The notes under the pieces are model-generated. The model saw nothing but the letters and a program-made list of their open reading frames with translations. It was not told the DNA's origin and searched no databases. A stretch of 64,000 nucleotides of DNA from assembly GCA_963790205.1 (NCBI GenBank), contig CAWBNQ010000014.1, positions 32,001-96,000 on the forward strand, read 5' to 3'. The DNA is from Nitrospirota bacterium (GTDB taxonomy: Bacteria > Nitrospirota > UBA9217). Position 1 is the first letter of the stretch. Every line of letters starts with the position of its first letter. A program made the translations under genes and the position numbers. Positions 11,204-20,714 of the stretch are shown here, one piece after another.

Positions 11204-12298
11204 TCAGGTGCGCGGTCTTTCGGGCAATGCATTTTTTACATACACTGTGCGGGTAGGGAACGGAATGTCGATCCCTTCCTGCCTGAAGCGCTTGAGAATT
11301 CGCTTGTGTAATTCGTGTTGCACCGGCTGTTGGTCCGTATAATCGCGCACCCGGCACACGAGCGTGAATTCGAGCGATGAAGCGCCGAAGCCGGGGACGA
11401 AAATCACCGAAGGTCGAGGATCGCCCAGAAGGCCCGGGATCTCGTTCGTCGCCTTATGCGCTTCATCGATCAGGACCCGCTCCACGACATCAGGGTCGGC
11501 GTCATAGCTCACTCCTATGGGCATCTGGAGGATGAAAGGCCGCTCCGGCAAGTAGTAGTTCGTCACCACGCTCTGGGAAAGCTTGCTGTTCGGTACGATG
11601 ACCATGTTGTTCTGAGGCGTGCGGATCCTCGTGGTACGCCACCCGATGTCCGCTATTGAGCCTTCCTGTCCCGTCTCGAGCCGGATGAAATCGCCGACGC
11701 GGACGGTATGTTCTGCCAGGATATGAATGCCCGCAAAAAGGTTCGAGAGCGTATCCTGAAGAGCGAGCGCCATAGCGAGGCCGCCCACTCCCAGGGCGGT
11801 AATGATGGGCGCAATCGATATCCCGATGAAGTTCAGCATGATCAGGATGCCGATAGCGTAGACCATCGCCTTGATCACGGTATTGATCAGGCTCGTTACC
11901 GAGATCGGGAGTTCCACCTTTGTCAGGAAAAACGCGAGCGCGCGGGCACTGATGTTCGCCAGCGCCATCGTGACCGTCAGGATAATAAATAAGTGTATGC
12001 CCTTGACGGCATAGCCCGCATATTCCCGGGGGATTTCGGCAAGACGGAGACCAAGGTACAAGGCAAGGGCAGTGATAAGAAGCGTGGACGGCCCCTGCAG
12101 CGACGTTACAATGAGCTCCTCCCCCTCCGAGGTCGTTTTCCGCGAGACACGGCGAAGCGCTCCGAAGAGTATCTTTCGGGCAATGAGGAGCACTGCGACG
12201 GTTACCGCAATGATCAGAATAGACAGGTATGTTTTATAAGGATGATCCATGACAAGTCTAGCTATTGTACCAAACAGGAGTCTGAGGTCCAGTGCCAT
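11204..12298 (-). CDS. Small-conductance mechanosensitive channel (MscS family)
   Basis: LGVGGLAMALALQDTLSNLFAG, IGWRTTRI, VPNSKL. Confidence 0.92.
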   Translation of the reverse strand: MALDLRLLFGTIARLVMDHPYKTYLSILIIAVTVAVLLIARKILFGALRRVSRKTTSEGEELIVTSLQGPSTLLITALALYLGLRLAEIPREYAGYAVKGIHLFIILTVTMALANISARALAFFLTKVELPISVTSLINTVIKAMVYAIGILIMLNFIGISIAPIITALGVGGLAMALALQDTLSNLFAGIHILAEHTVRVGDFIRLETGQEGSIADIGWRTTRIRTPQNNMVIVPNSKLSQSVVTNYYLPERPFILQMPIGVSYDADPDVVERVLIDEAHKATNEIPGLLGDPRPSVIFVPGFGASSLEFTLVCRVRDYTDQQPVQHELHKRILKRFRQEGIDIPFPTRTVYVKNALPERPRT

Positions 12299-12367
12299 TT
12301 GTATCTTTAAACGGCTTGTTCACGCTAAAGATTATAGCGTGGCCTGGGCAGGTGAAGCAGGAAGAAT

Positions 12368-12395
12368 AAAAAACCGGCAAACTGCATCTGCCGGC
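12368..12395 (-). terminator. Intrinsic terminator after tusA
   Basis: CCGGCA/TGCCGG stem followed by a T6 run on the minus strand. Confidence 0.6.
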
Positions 12396-12443
12396 TGTCC
12401 CTCGTATCATTTTTAACTACTCTTGCCGGCCGGGGTTAGACTG

Positions 12444-12686
12444 CTACTTCCTCCGCACGTACACGTGGTACTCGCCGTTTTCCTTGGTCAGGCCGAGATA
12501 TTCATGCCCCGTCCTCCTGCACCAAGCAGGCATGTCCATCTCAATGCCATCATCATCAGACTGGACTTCGAGCACCTGGCCCGGCTTCATTTCCTTGATC
12601 TTGTTCGAGGTCTTGAAAATAGGCACCGGACACGCCACGCCTACGCAGTCGAGAATTTCGTCGGGCTTGATTTCTTTAATGTCCAA
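12444..12686 (-). CDS. tusA: TusA/SirA-family sulfurtransferase
   Basis: LDCVGVACPVP motif, AWCRRTGHE; TTG start at 12686 preferred over the ORF-track start. Confidence 0.85.
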   Translation of the reverse strand: MDIKEIKPDEILDCVGVACPVPIFKTSNKIKEMKPGQVLEVQSDDDGIEMDMPAWCRRTGHEYLGLTKENGEYHVYVRRK

Positions 12687-12756
12687 TGTAAAACCCTTTA
12701 TAGTTGCCAATGAGCACGGACAGCGTCCTGCTTTTATTCCACATTCCGCAATCGAA

Positions 12757-13185
12757 CTACTCCATCTCGTGCTCATGTCCGGCGTCGGCGGATATCTTCA
12801 CCGGAGACGGCATGCCCTTTTTCTTGTAATAATCGTCAAGGGCCGACTTGAGCGCCTCTTCAGCCAGCACCGAGCAGTGCATTTTCACCTTCGGCAAACC
12901 GCCGAGCGCCTCCGCCACAGCAGCGTTCGATATCGTGAGGGCCTCTTTGATGCTTTTTCCCTTCACCAGGTCGGTCACCATGCTGCTCGTCGCTATGGCT
13001 GCGCCGCATCCGAAGGTCTTGAACTTGGCCTCCGTGATAATATCATTCTCCACTTTGATATAGAGACGCATGACATCGCCGCACACAGGGTTTCCCACGG
13101 TGCCCACGCCGTCCGCGTTCTCTATCTCACCCACGTTATGCGGATGAGCGAAATGGTCCATCACCTTTGAGCTGTACTGTTCCAT
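12757..13185 (-). CDS. iscU: Fe-S cluster scaffold IscU/NifU
   Basis: GNPVCGD, FKTFGCGAAIA, LPKVKMHCS. Confidence 0.93.
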   Translation of the reverse strand: MEQYSSKVMDHFAHPHNVGEIENADGVGTVGNPVCGDVMRLYIKVENDIITEAKFKTFGCGAAIATSSMVTDLVKGKSIKEALTISNAAVAEALGGLPKVKMHCSVLAEEALKSALDDYYKKKGMPSPVKISADAGHEHEME

Positions 13186-13195
13186 GTAATCCTCC

Positions 13196-14380
13196 TCACC
13201 GGACTTTTTCCTGTTTGATCATATCTTCATAGAGAGGCGACATGTCCCGCAATCGCTGCACGATCGGAGGCAGCTTCTCTATCACGTAATCGATATCTTC
13301 CGCTGCGTTTCCCATGCCGAGCGACATGAGCAGCGTGCCGTTCGCAACGGCCGCGTCCGTGCCGATACAGGTAAGCACGTGCGATACCTTGAGCGAGCGC
13401 GAGGTGCACGCCGAGCCGCTCGAAACGGACACGCCTTCCATGTTGAGGAACAGGAGCATGGACTCTCCCTCCACGTACCACATGGAAACATTCAAGTTGT
13501 GAGGCAGCCTGCGCGTGGGATGGCCGTTGACCACCAGGTGGTCGATCTTTTCAGTGAGCCCTTTCTGCAACCGGTCACGAAGCGCCGACAGGTAACTCAT
13601 GCGATGCGGAACCTCCGCTGTCGCAAGCTCAGCCGCTTTTCCCAGGCCGACGATGGCCGGCACATTCTCGGTGCCCGCACGCCTGCCGTCTTCCTGGATG
13701 CCGCCTTCGATCTGCGGCTTGATACGGACTCCCTTGCGCACATAGAGCGCTGCCGCGCCCTTTGGTCCATAGAACTGATGGCCGGAGAGGGAGAGCGCGT
13801 CCACGCCGAGCGCTTTCACGTCCACGGGGACCCATCCGACGGACGCAACCGCATCGGTGTGGAACAGAACCCCCTTCTCCTTCGTGATCTTTCCGATCTC
13901 CTCGATTGGCTGGATCGTGCCGATCTCGTTGTTCGCGTGCATGATTGAAACAAGGACCGTGTCCTTGGTGATCGCCTTTGCCACGTCTGCAGGATCCACC
14001 AGCCCCGTCTTGTCCGTCTCCAGGTAGGTGACAGAGAAACCTGATTTTTCGAGGGTCTTGGCCGGATGGAGAACGGAAAAATGCTCGAGCTGAGAAACGA
14101 TGATATGTTTGCCTTTCTGGCTGTTCGCCTGGACCAGTCCTTTGATGGCAAAGTTGTTCGATTCGGCCCCGCTCGCGGTAAAATAAAGCTCTTCTGGTTT
14201 TACATTGATAAGCGCTGCCGTCCTGGCCCGAGCCTCCTCGACGGCATCCTTCGCTTCCCTGCCGATATCGTGCAGGTTCGAGGGGTTGCCGAACTTGTTC
14301 GAGAAATAAGGCAGCATGGCTTCCAGCACCTTCGGGTGGACCGGCGTCGTGGCCGCATGGTCGAGATACACTTTCCTCAT
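13196..14380 (-). CDS. iscS: Cysteine desulfurase IscS/NifS
   Basis: YLDHAATTP, HANNEIG, SSGSACTS. The PLP-lysine site reads SGHQFYGPKG (Q where K is usual). Confidence 0.92.
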   Translation of the reverse strand: MRKVYLDHAATTPVHPKVLEAMLPYFSNKFGNPSNLHDIGREAKDAVEEARARTAALINVKPEELYFTASGAESNNFAIKGLVQANSQKGKHIIVSQLEHFSVLHPAKTLEKSGFSVTYLETDKTGLVDPADVAKAITKDTVLVSIMHANNEIGTIQPIEEIGKITKEKGVLFHTDAVASVGWVPVDVKALGVDALSLSGHQFYGPKGAAALYVRKGVRIKPQIEGGIQEDGRRAGTENVPAIVGLGKAAELATAEVPHRMSYLSALRDRLQKGLTEKIDHLVVNGHPTRRLPHNLNVSMWYVEGESMLLFLNMEGVSVSSGSACTSRSLKVSHVLTCIGTDAAVANGTLLMSLGMGNAAEDIDYVIEKLPPIVQRLRDMSPLYEDMIKQEKVR

Positions 14381-14381
14381 G

Positions 14382-14852
14382 TCAACATGCCCCCTTCCCT
14401 GCAGTAGCAAGCTTCTTTCTCGGTTTCAGAACGAGCGGCTCGCGCCACTGATGCAGCAGATCGTTAAAGCTGATGCTGTCGAGCGCTTCCTCTATTTTTG
14501 CACCCACCTTTGCCCAGACCATCCTGGCTACGCAGTCATCGGTCTGATAACACTCTTCTGATTCGCCCGGTTCGAGACAGTGAGACAGGGCGATCGGCCC
14601 TTCGAGCGTCCGGACAATGTCTCCGATGGTGAGCTCCGAAGGTTTTCGCGCGAGCAGGTACCCCCCTGCGGGTCCTCGTACGCTGTCGATCAGGCCCGCC
14701 TTGCCCAGACGATGAAGGATCTGCTCCAAATAAGAGAACGAGATCCCTTGCCGGTCCGCGATCTCCTTGATCGTGATCGGCCCCTTTCCATAATGCCGGG
14801 CGATCTCAAAGACCGCCCGCACCCCGTATTTTCCCTTTGTGGACAACTTCAT
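14382..14852 (-). CDS. iscR: Rrf2-family regulator, IscR-like
   Basis: MKLSTKGKYG, SYLEQI, SVRGPAGGY, three C-terminal Cys. Confidence 0.85.
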   Translation of the reverse strand: MKLSTKGKYGVRAVFEIARHYGKGPITIKEIADRQGISFSYLEQILHRLGKAGLIDSVRGPAGGYLLARKPSELTIGDIVRTLEGPIALSHCLEPGESEECYQTDDCVARMVWAKVGAKIEEALDSISFNDLLHQWREPLVLKPRKKLATAGKGAC

Positions 14853-14916
14853 AGCTTACGCTCAGCACCATTCCTGGGCCATACCCTGAAACAGGATACT
14901 TTCCATCCGTGACCTA

Positions 14917-14949
14917 AACATAACAAACTTGACTAATTCTGTCAAGTAT
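14917..14949 (-). promoter_or_regulatory. iscR promoter overlapped by an IscR type-1-like palindrome
   Basis: Palindrome ACTTGAC-TAATTCT-GTCAAGT (within 14925-14949) overlaps TTGACA-N17-TATGTT on the minus strand. Confidence 0.7.
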
Positions 14950-15015
14950 AATGTTTCCCTTGTTTTTCCTGATTTGTTGTACTACTCTTTGCTTATCAAC
15001 CCTCGGGAGGCGGCC

Positions 15016-15279
15016 ATGCATACCGATGAATACGAGATTTCCCTGTCCAGAGAGCTGACTGTTTGCAAAAGCGCGATACAAAAGATCAAAGAATTTTTCG
15101 CTATCCTTGAAAGAAAGCATAATAAAACCACAGCGCAATTCGTCGAAGAATACGATAGCGGAAAACTCACGGACAGCCGGGATGATTACGAGCCCTGGCG
15201 CAATAATTATGAATCGCTCAAGAGGTGGGAAGAGCTGGAGAGACAGTATGAAGAGGCTTTCCGGATGATGAAGATATGA
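15016..15279 (+). CDS. Small helical hypothetical protein (87 aa)
   Basis: GGGAGG SD before the ATG at 15016; fills the gap divergent from iscR. Confidence 0.7.
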   Translation: MHTDEYEISLSRELTVCKSAIQKIKEFFAILERKHNKTTAQFVEEYDSGKLTDSRDDYEPWRNNYESLKRWEELERQYEEAFRMMKI

Positions 15280-15341
15280 GCGTTAGTATCTAGGCGGAAT
15301 TTTCTGTTCTCGCTCTCAAGCATTTATGCTATACTCGCCGC

Positions 15342-16184
15342 ATGCAGCAATCCAGCCCCCACACCCCGGTCACGAGCAAAGACAACGGCTCTGTCAAGCA
15401 TCTCCGCTCCCTCTCGGAATCGAAGTACCGGAAAAAAGAAAAGACCTTTTTGATAGAAGGCATCAAGATGGTCGAGGAGGCACTCAGGGACAACCTCGGG
15501 GTCAAGACGGTCATTGCAGCACCGTCGCTCGTCCAGCACCACGGCAAGGGCGTGCTCAAACTCGCGGAGAGCAGGGGCATTGATGTCCTCTGGATATCCG
15601 AGCGGCTGATGAACGCGCTGTCGGAAAGCAAAACGCCCCAGCCCGTGATGGCCGAGATCGCGATGAAGCAGCACTCGGAAGAGGGGCTTCTGGCCAATGA
15701 GGCAGGATTGATCATCATCGCCCACCAGCTCCAGGACCCCGGCAACCTCGGGACCATCATCCGGACTGCCGAAGCCGTCGGCGCGTCGGGCCTCGCAATC
15801 ACTCAAAATACCGTAGACCCTTTCAACGCAAAAGCCATTCGCGCTTCGATGGGCAGCATCCTGCGGCTGCCGGTCGTACATATCAGAGATATCGCTGCAT
15901 TCATGAAGACAAGCAAACAGAGGGGTTTTCAGACTGTAGCAACAGTGCTGACGGCTGAAAAGACCCATTTTGATATTGATCTTAGAAAACCGACTGCCGT
16001 GATCTTAGGACAAGAAGGCGCCGGTTTGCCACAGGATATTATGCCCGATATCGACCTTCACATCCGCATTCCTATGGCTAATACGATCGACTCATTGAAT
16101 GTGGCAACAGCAGCAGCGGTGATCCTCTATGAGGCGATGAGACAAAGATTTCGCGCAAAGCTTCGCAGTAATGGCGAAAAATGA
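15342..16184 (+). CDS. TrmH/SpoU-family RNA methyltransferase
   Basis: LQDPGNLGTIIRTA, ILGQEGAG, SLNVATAAAV. Confidence 0.93.
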   Translation: MQQSSPHTPVTSKDNGSVKHLRSLSESKYRKKEKTFLIEGIKMVEEALRDNLGVKTVIAAPSLVQHHGKGVLKLAESRGIDVLWISERLMNALSESKTPQPVMAEIAMKQHSEEGLLANEAGLIIIAHQLQDPGNLGTIIRTAEAVGASGLAITQNTVDPFNAKAIRASMGSILRLPVVHIRDIAAFMKTSKQRGFQTVATVLTAEKTHFDIDLRKPTAVILGQEGAGLPQDIMPDIDLHIRIPMANTIDSLNVATAAAVILYEAMRQRFRAKLRSNGEK

Positions 16185-16201
16185 ATATGTTTAACTAACC
16201 C

Positions 16202-16684
16202 CTACTTCCCGAACTTCTTCTTCAACTTCTCCACTACAACGCGCGGCGCAAGACTCGAGACATCGCCGCCGTAGCTCGCTGCTTCTTTTACGATGGTCGA
16301 GGTGATGAATGAATATTCCACGTTCGGCATCAGGAACACCGTCTCAATATTGCTGTCGAGCCGGCGGTTCATCAAGGCCATCTGCATCTCATACTCGAAG
16401 TCCGAAACCGCCCGGAGGCCCCGGATAATGGCAACGGCGCTCTTTTTCCTGACGTAATCCACCAGAAGGCCGTCGAAGCCCTCGATCACGACGTTTTTAT
16501 AATTCGCGGTCACCGCCTTTAACATGGCGATGCGCTCTTCGAGAGGAAAGAGCGGGGCCTTTTTCGGGTTCTCCGCCACGGCCACGACTACCTCGCCGAA
16601 TATTCTGAGGCTCCGCTCCACGAGGTCGATATGTCCGTTCGTCACGGGGTCGAAGGTGCCGGGGTAGACGGCGATGTGTTTCAT
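16202..16684 (-). CDS. coaD: Phosphopantetheine adenylyltransferase
   Basis: YPGTFDPVTNGH, RGLRAVSDFEYE. Confidence 0.97.
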   Translation of the reverse strand: MKHIAVYPGTFDPVTNGHIDLVERSLRIFGEVVVAVAENPKKAPLFPLEERIAMLKAVTANYKNVVIEGFDGLLVDYVRKKSAVAIIRGLRAVSDFEYEMQMALMNRRLDSNIETVFLMPNVEYSFITSTIVKEAASYGGDVSSLAPRVVVEKLKKKFGK

Positions 16685-16825
16685 GAGACCTCCTTATGGG
16701 CCACCAAGACACTAAGGCACTGAGAAACCTGCAAACTTTATTCTACCTGCGAAGGATAATTCGTACTACCGAATAAAAGACCGTAGTTATTTATTTCTCG
16801 GCAACTTAGTGCCTTCGTGGCAAGC

Positions 16826-17365
16826 CTATTCCAACCGATAAAACGCCAAGACCGTGTCCCCATACTGCGCTTCGCGGTAAAGCGTCAGCCTGCCCGCTTG
16901 CTTCGGTGACGGCTGCTTTTTGAAGTGCTCGCCGACCACGATCGCATCGGGGTTCAGGACTTCGGACCCTGAAACAAGGGTCAGAGGCGTTTCGAGTTCG
17001 AGAGAATAAGGCGGATCCAAGAAAACGATGTCAAATCGCTCGTTCGTTTTTCTGAGAAAGGTCTCGGCCCGATGCGGGATGACCTGCGCACGCTCGCCGA
17101 ATCCGGTCTCTGCGACATTCCTCTTGACCGCCTGGAGGGAATCCCGTGAATCGTCAATGAACACGACTTTCCCCGCCCCCCTGCTGAGCGCCTCTATACC
17201 GACTCCGCCGGCGCCTGCGTAGAGGTCCAGGAACACCGCGCCCTTCACTTTCTCGCCGAGGATGTTGAACAGCGCCTGCTTTACCTTGTCGGACGTGGGC
17301 CTGACGCGCGATCCCGGCGGCACTTTCAGTCTCCGCCCTTTGCCTATGCCTCCCGTGACTCTCAT
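16826..17365 (-). CDS. rsmD: 16S rRNA m2G966 methyltransferase
   Basis: RPTSDKVKQALFN, LDLYAGAG, FLDPPY; precedes coaD. Confidence 0.93.
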   Translation of the reverse strand: MRVTGGIGKGRRLKVPPGSRVRPTSDKVKQALFNILGEKVKGAVFLDLYAGAGGVGIEALSRGAGKVVFIDDSRDSLQAVKRNVAETGFGERAQVIPHRAETFLRKTNERFDIVFLDPPYSLELETPLTLVSGSEVLNPDAIVVGEHFKKQPSPKQAGRLTLYREAQYGDTVLAFYRLE

Positions 17366-17409
17366 ATTTTTCGATGCTACAGAAAAACCCCTTTCAAGTC
17401 AAGCGATTC

Positions 17410-17438
17410 TTGACAGTCGCGGGCATTGCGTATATACT
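17410..17438 (+). promoter_or_regulatory. sigma70 promoter of nfeD
   Basis: TTGACA-N17-TATACT. Confidence 0.65.
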
Positions 17439-17461
17439 TTTACAGTCAAGGGAGACACACC

Positions 17462-18805
17462 ATGCGTAACAAGACTCTTCGGTTTCTGCTGCTTTCGCTG
17501 CTTTTGATCATTACGCTTTCTTATGTAAATCCCCTGTCCGCAGATACACCGATGGACAAGAAGGCTCCGTCTCCGCCGGCACAGGCTTCGCCCTCAAAAA
17601 AAGTCTATCTCATCACCGTTGACGCAGCGATCACGCCCGTGGTCGCCGAATACATCAACAAATCCATCGACCTCGCGTCGAAAGCGAATGCCGAGGCCGT
17701 CATCATAGAGCTCGACACGCCGGGAGGTCTCGTGGACTCCATGCGCGAGATCGTTAAAAAGATGATGTCCGCCGATGTTCCCGTGGTCGTATACGTCGGC
17801 CCTTCAGGGGCCAGGGCCGCCTCGGCCGGCGTGTTCATCACCCTGGCCGCGAACATTGCCGCCATGGCGCCGACCACGCACATCGGCGCCGCCCACCCCG
17901 TGACCATGGAAGGCAAAATGGACAAGACCATGGAGACGAAGGTCGTGAACGACCTTGCTGCCATGGCGAGGAGCATAGCCGAAAAGCGCGGCAGGAATGC
18001 GAAGTGGGCGGAAGAAGCGGTGCGAAAAAGCGTATCCATCACCGAAACCGAAGCATTAAAAGCAAAGGTCATCGACTTTATTTCGCCTGACATTCCGACG
18101 CTCCTGAAGGATATAAACGGCAGGACCGTGGACCTCGCGGTGGGCAAAAAGACGCTCAAAACGGAAGGCGCCGAGGTCAAGGAAATCAACATGGGCTTCA
18201 GGTTCAAGTTCCTGAACACCATCAGCAATCCCAACATCGCCTATATTCTCATGATCCTCGGCTTCTATGGCCTTTATTTCGAGCTTGCGAACCCCGGCGC
18301 CATCTTTCCCGGCGTGGCCGGCGCCATCTGCCTTATCCTTGCCTTCTATGCGCTCCAGACCCTGCCGATCAACTACGCCGGGCTCATGTTGATCCTTCTC
18401 GGAGTCGGGCTCTTTATTGCCGAAGCGTTCATCACGAGCCATGGCATTCTCGGGGTCGGGGGCGCCGTTGCCATGGCCATCGGCTCGGTAATGCTCGTCG
18501 AGTCTACATCGCCTTATCTGCGGATCTCGTGGTCGGTGATCGCGCCGGTCGTGGCCCTCTCGGCGCTCCTCTTCATCATTACCGTGTCCCTGGCAGTGCG
18601 CGTGCACCGCGAGAAAGTGGACACCGGCAAAGAAGGTATGGTCGGGCTTGAGGGAGAAGCGAAGACCGACATTCAGGCAAGCGGCCAGGTGTTCGTACGC
18701 GGCGAGTATTGGAACGCCTGGAGCGATGAACCCGTTCGGAAGGGCGAGCGGGTGAAGATAGAATCTGTCGAGGGGCTTAAGCTAAAAGTGAGGAAGATGG
18801 CTTAG
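17462..18805 (+). CDS. nfeD: NfeD long-form membrane serine protease
   Basis: Signal peptide, LDTPGG, ARAASAG, IGAAHPV, TM helices, C-terminal OB fold (GEYWNA). Confidence 0.92.
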   Translation: MRNKTLRFLLLSLLLIITLSYVNPLSADTPMDKKAPSPPAQASPSKKVYLITVDAAITPVVAEYINKSIDLASKANAEAVIIELDTPGGLVDSMREIVKKMMSADVPVVVYVGPSGARAASAGVFITLAANIAAMAPTTHIGAAHPVTMEGKMDKTMETKVVNDLAAMARSIAEKRGRNAKWAEEAVRKSVSITETEALKAKVIDFISPDIPTLLKDINGRTVDLAVGKKTLKTEGAEVKEINMGFRFKFLNTISNPNIAYILMILGFYGLYFELANPGAIFPGVAGAICLILAFYALQTLPINYAGLMLILLGVGLFIAEAFITSHGILGVGGAVAMAIGSVMLVESTSPYLRISWSVIAPVVALSALLFIITVSLAVRVHREKVDTGKEGMVGLEGEAKTDIQASGQVFVRGEYWNAWSDEPVRKGERVKIESVEGLKLKVRKMA

Positions 18806-18895
18806 GAGAAGTCTTTGCTCTACGTTGAGCGGAGTTGTCTCTACCCGTCACACGCTCAACATTACTGACGGCGGAAATCAATAGGAGGCACACAT

Positions 18896-19669
18896 ATGCA
18901 GGCACTGGGACTCGGTTTTATGGTTGCGCTAGTTATCATTGTTTGGTTTCTCTTCAATACGGTAAAGATTTTGAAACAGTACGAACGGGGCGTCATCTTC
19001 ACTCTCGGCAAGGTGGCGCTTGAGGGCGGCGCAAAAGGACCGGGCATGGTTCTCCTGATCCCCGGCATACAGAAGATGGTACGGGTGAGCCTTCGGACGG
19101 TCACGATGGACGTTCCATCCCAGGACGTGATTACCAAGGACAACGTGACCGTGAAGGTGAACGCGGTGGTCTATTTCCGGGTCATCGACCCCCGCAAGGC
19201 TATCGTCGAGGTAGAAGATTTCTACTATGCAACCTCTCTCATCTCCCAGACCACGCTCAGGAGCATCCTGGGCCAAAACCAGTTCGATGATCTGCTCTCG
19301 AACCGGGAGGCCATCAATGCTGAGCTTCAGAAGGTCATCGACCAGCAGACGGAGCCCTGGGGTGTAAAGGTGACCACCGTCGAGGTAAGGAATGTGGACC
19401 TGCCGGCGGAGATGCAGCGCGCCATCGCGATCCAGGCGCAGGCCGAGCGGGAACGTCGGGCCAAGATCATCCATGCCGAAGGAGAGCTTCAGGCATCGGC
19501 GAAACTGGGCGAAGCCGCGGCGGTCATCAGCAGGAACCCGATCGCTCTTCAGCTTCGATATCTCCAGACGCTCACCGAGATCGGGACGGAGAAAAACACA
19601 ACCATCGTGTTCCCGCTTCCCCTTGATCTGATGTCGGCATTTCTGAAGCTGGTGGACAAGAAGGAGTAA
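18896..19669 (+). CDS. Slipin/stomatin (SPFH) protein
   Basis: [31 protein letters not shown]. Confidence 0.93.
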   Translation: MQALGLGFMVALVIIVWFLFNTVKILKQYERGVIFTLGKVALEGGAKGPGMVLLIPGIQKMVRVSLRTVTMDVPSQDVITKDNVTVKVNAVVYFRVIDPRKAIVEVEDFYYATSLISQTTLRSILGQNQFDDLLSNREAINAELQKVIDQQTEPWGVKVTTVEVRNVDLPAEMQRAIAIQAQAERERRAKIIHAEGELQASAKLGEAAAVISRNPIALQLRYLQTLTEIGTEKNTTIVFPLPLDLMSAFLKLVDKKE

Positions 19670-19700
19670 GCGCTGCCGTACAAGACTTAATCAGATACAC

Positions 19701-19738
19701 AAAAAACGAGGGGACCGGCTATTCACCGGTCCCCTTTT
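19701..19738. terminator. Bidirectional intrinsic terminator
   Basis: A-run, GGGGACCGG/CCGGTCCCC stem, T-run, between convergent genes. Confidence 0.7.
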
Positions 19739-19765
19739 GCATGAGTCGTTTCCAAAAATGATAAA

Positions 19766-19951
19766 TTAGATTTCGTTGACCGTAATGGCCTGCTGCGGGC
19801 AGTTCTCCACGCAGGTGAGGCAGTTGATGCACTCGGACATGTTCACCGGATCGGCCTTGCCGCCTTCAACCTTGAATACGGACTGCGGACACATATTCGC
19901 GCAGGTGCCGTCTCCGTCGCATTTGCCCTTGTCGATTGTTACCATGTACAT
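19766..19951 (-). CDS. fdx: Dicluster (7Fe-type) ferredoxin, copy 1
   Basis: CxxDxxCxxxCP and CxxCxxCxxxCP; AGGAGG SD. Confidence 0.92.
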   Translation of the reverse strand: MYMVTIDKGKCDGDGTCANMCPQSVFKVEGGKADPVNMSECINCLTCVENCPQQAITVNEI

Positions 19952-20129
19952 TGTATCGGTGTCCTCCTTACATTAAATGTATGAAACCATATGCGGATGA
20001 TATTACCCAGACCGGATGAGAAAATCAACTATAATTTACAGAAAATCGTAAAATTTTCACGCGCAGGGAAAGCATTCCTCTGTATGGCAATAATGCTTAA
20101 GTATGTGCTGGAAAAGAGGAGAGGATGAA

Positions 20130-20294
20130 GTATCCATAATAAAATTTAACGGAATCAATCACTTGGTCATGGCCGCCGGAGACATGGATAAAACCATACG
20201 CTTTTGGAGGACCTTCTCGAGTTCCAAATCATGTACATACTTCTCGGAATTTTCATCCGCATTCGAAGAAACAAATCCGCCTATGACTTCGTAA
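20130..20294 (+). pseudogene. Truncated VOC/glyoxalase-family fragment
   Basis: IKFNGINHLVMAAGDMDKTIRFWR is a VOC N-terminus; similarity is lost after about 20210 (frameshift). Confidence 0.6.
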
Positions 20295-20650
20295 CCTGAA
20301 GCGCTGCGAATCATTCATAAGCTGCCCGATAAATAAAGGCGGCATTACCCAGACCAACCACCAGTATAAAGTATAAACCTGGGTGTCGATTTGCGGTTTT
20401 CCATTTCATAATGCTCCTTTCGTTACTATACTATTATTATTTTCTATCGAACGAGATTGAAGCTCCTGCAGCAAATGAAAGTTCGTGTGGGCCTCCGCGG
20501 GGAATGCGCTCACTCCAGAATTCATGCCGGCTGAAATATCATTTTGACTCAAGCCCTTTCTCAAACGAAGCCCTGGTAATTGCAACGGCTTTATACAGTA
20601 GTTATCCATGGTACCCTTGTCAAGGGCAAACAGGCCGCGAACCGGTAAAC

Positions 20651-20685
20651 AAAAAAGGGTCCATGCCCTAACCGGCATGGACCCC
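20651..20685 (-). terminator. Terminator after dsrP
   Basis: GGGTCCATGCC/GGCATGGACCC stem plus T6. Confidence 0.75.
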
Positions 20686-20714
20686 TCACGAAAGGCATCA
20701 CCTGAATATCACGA

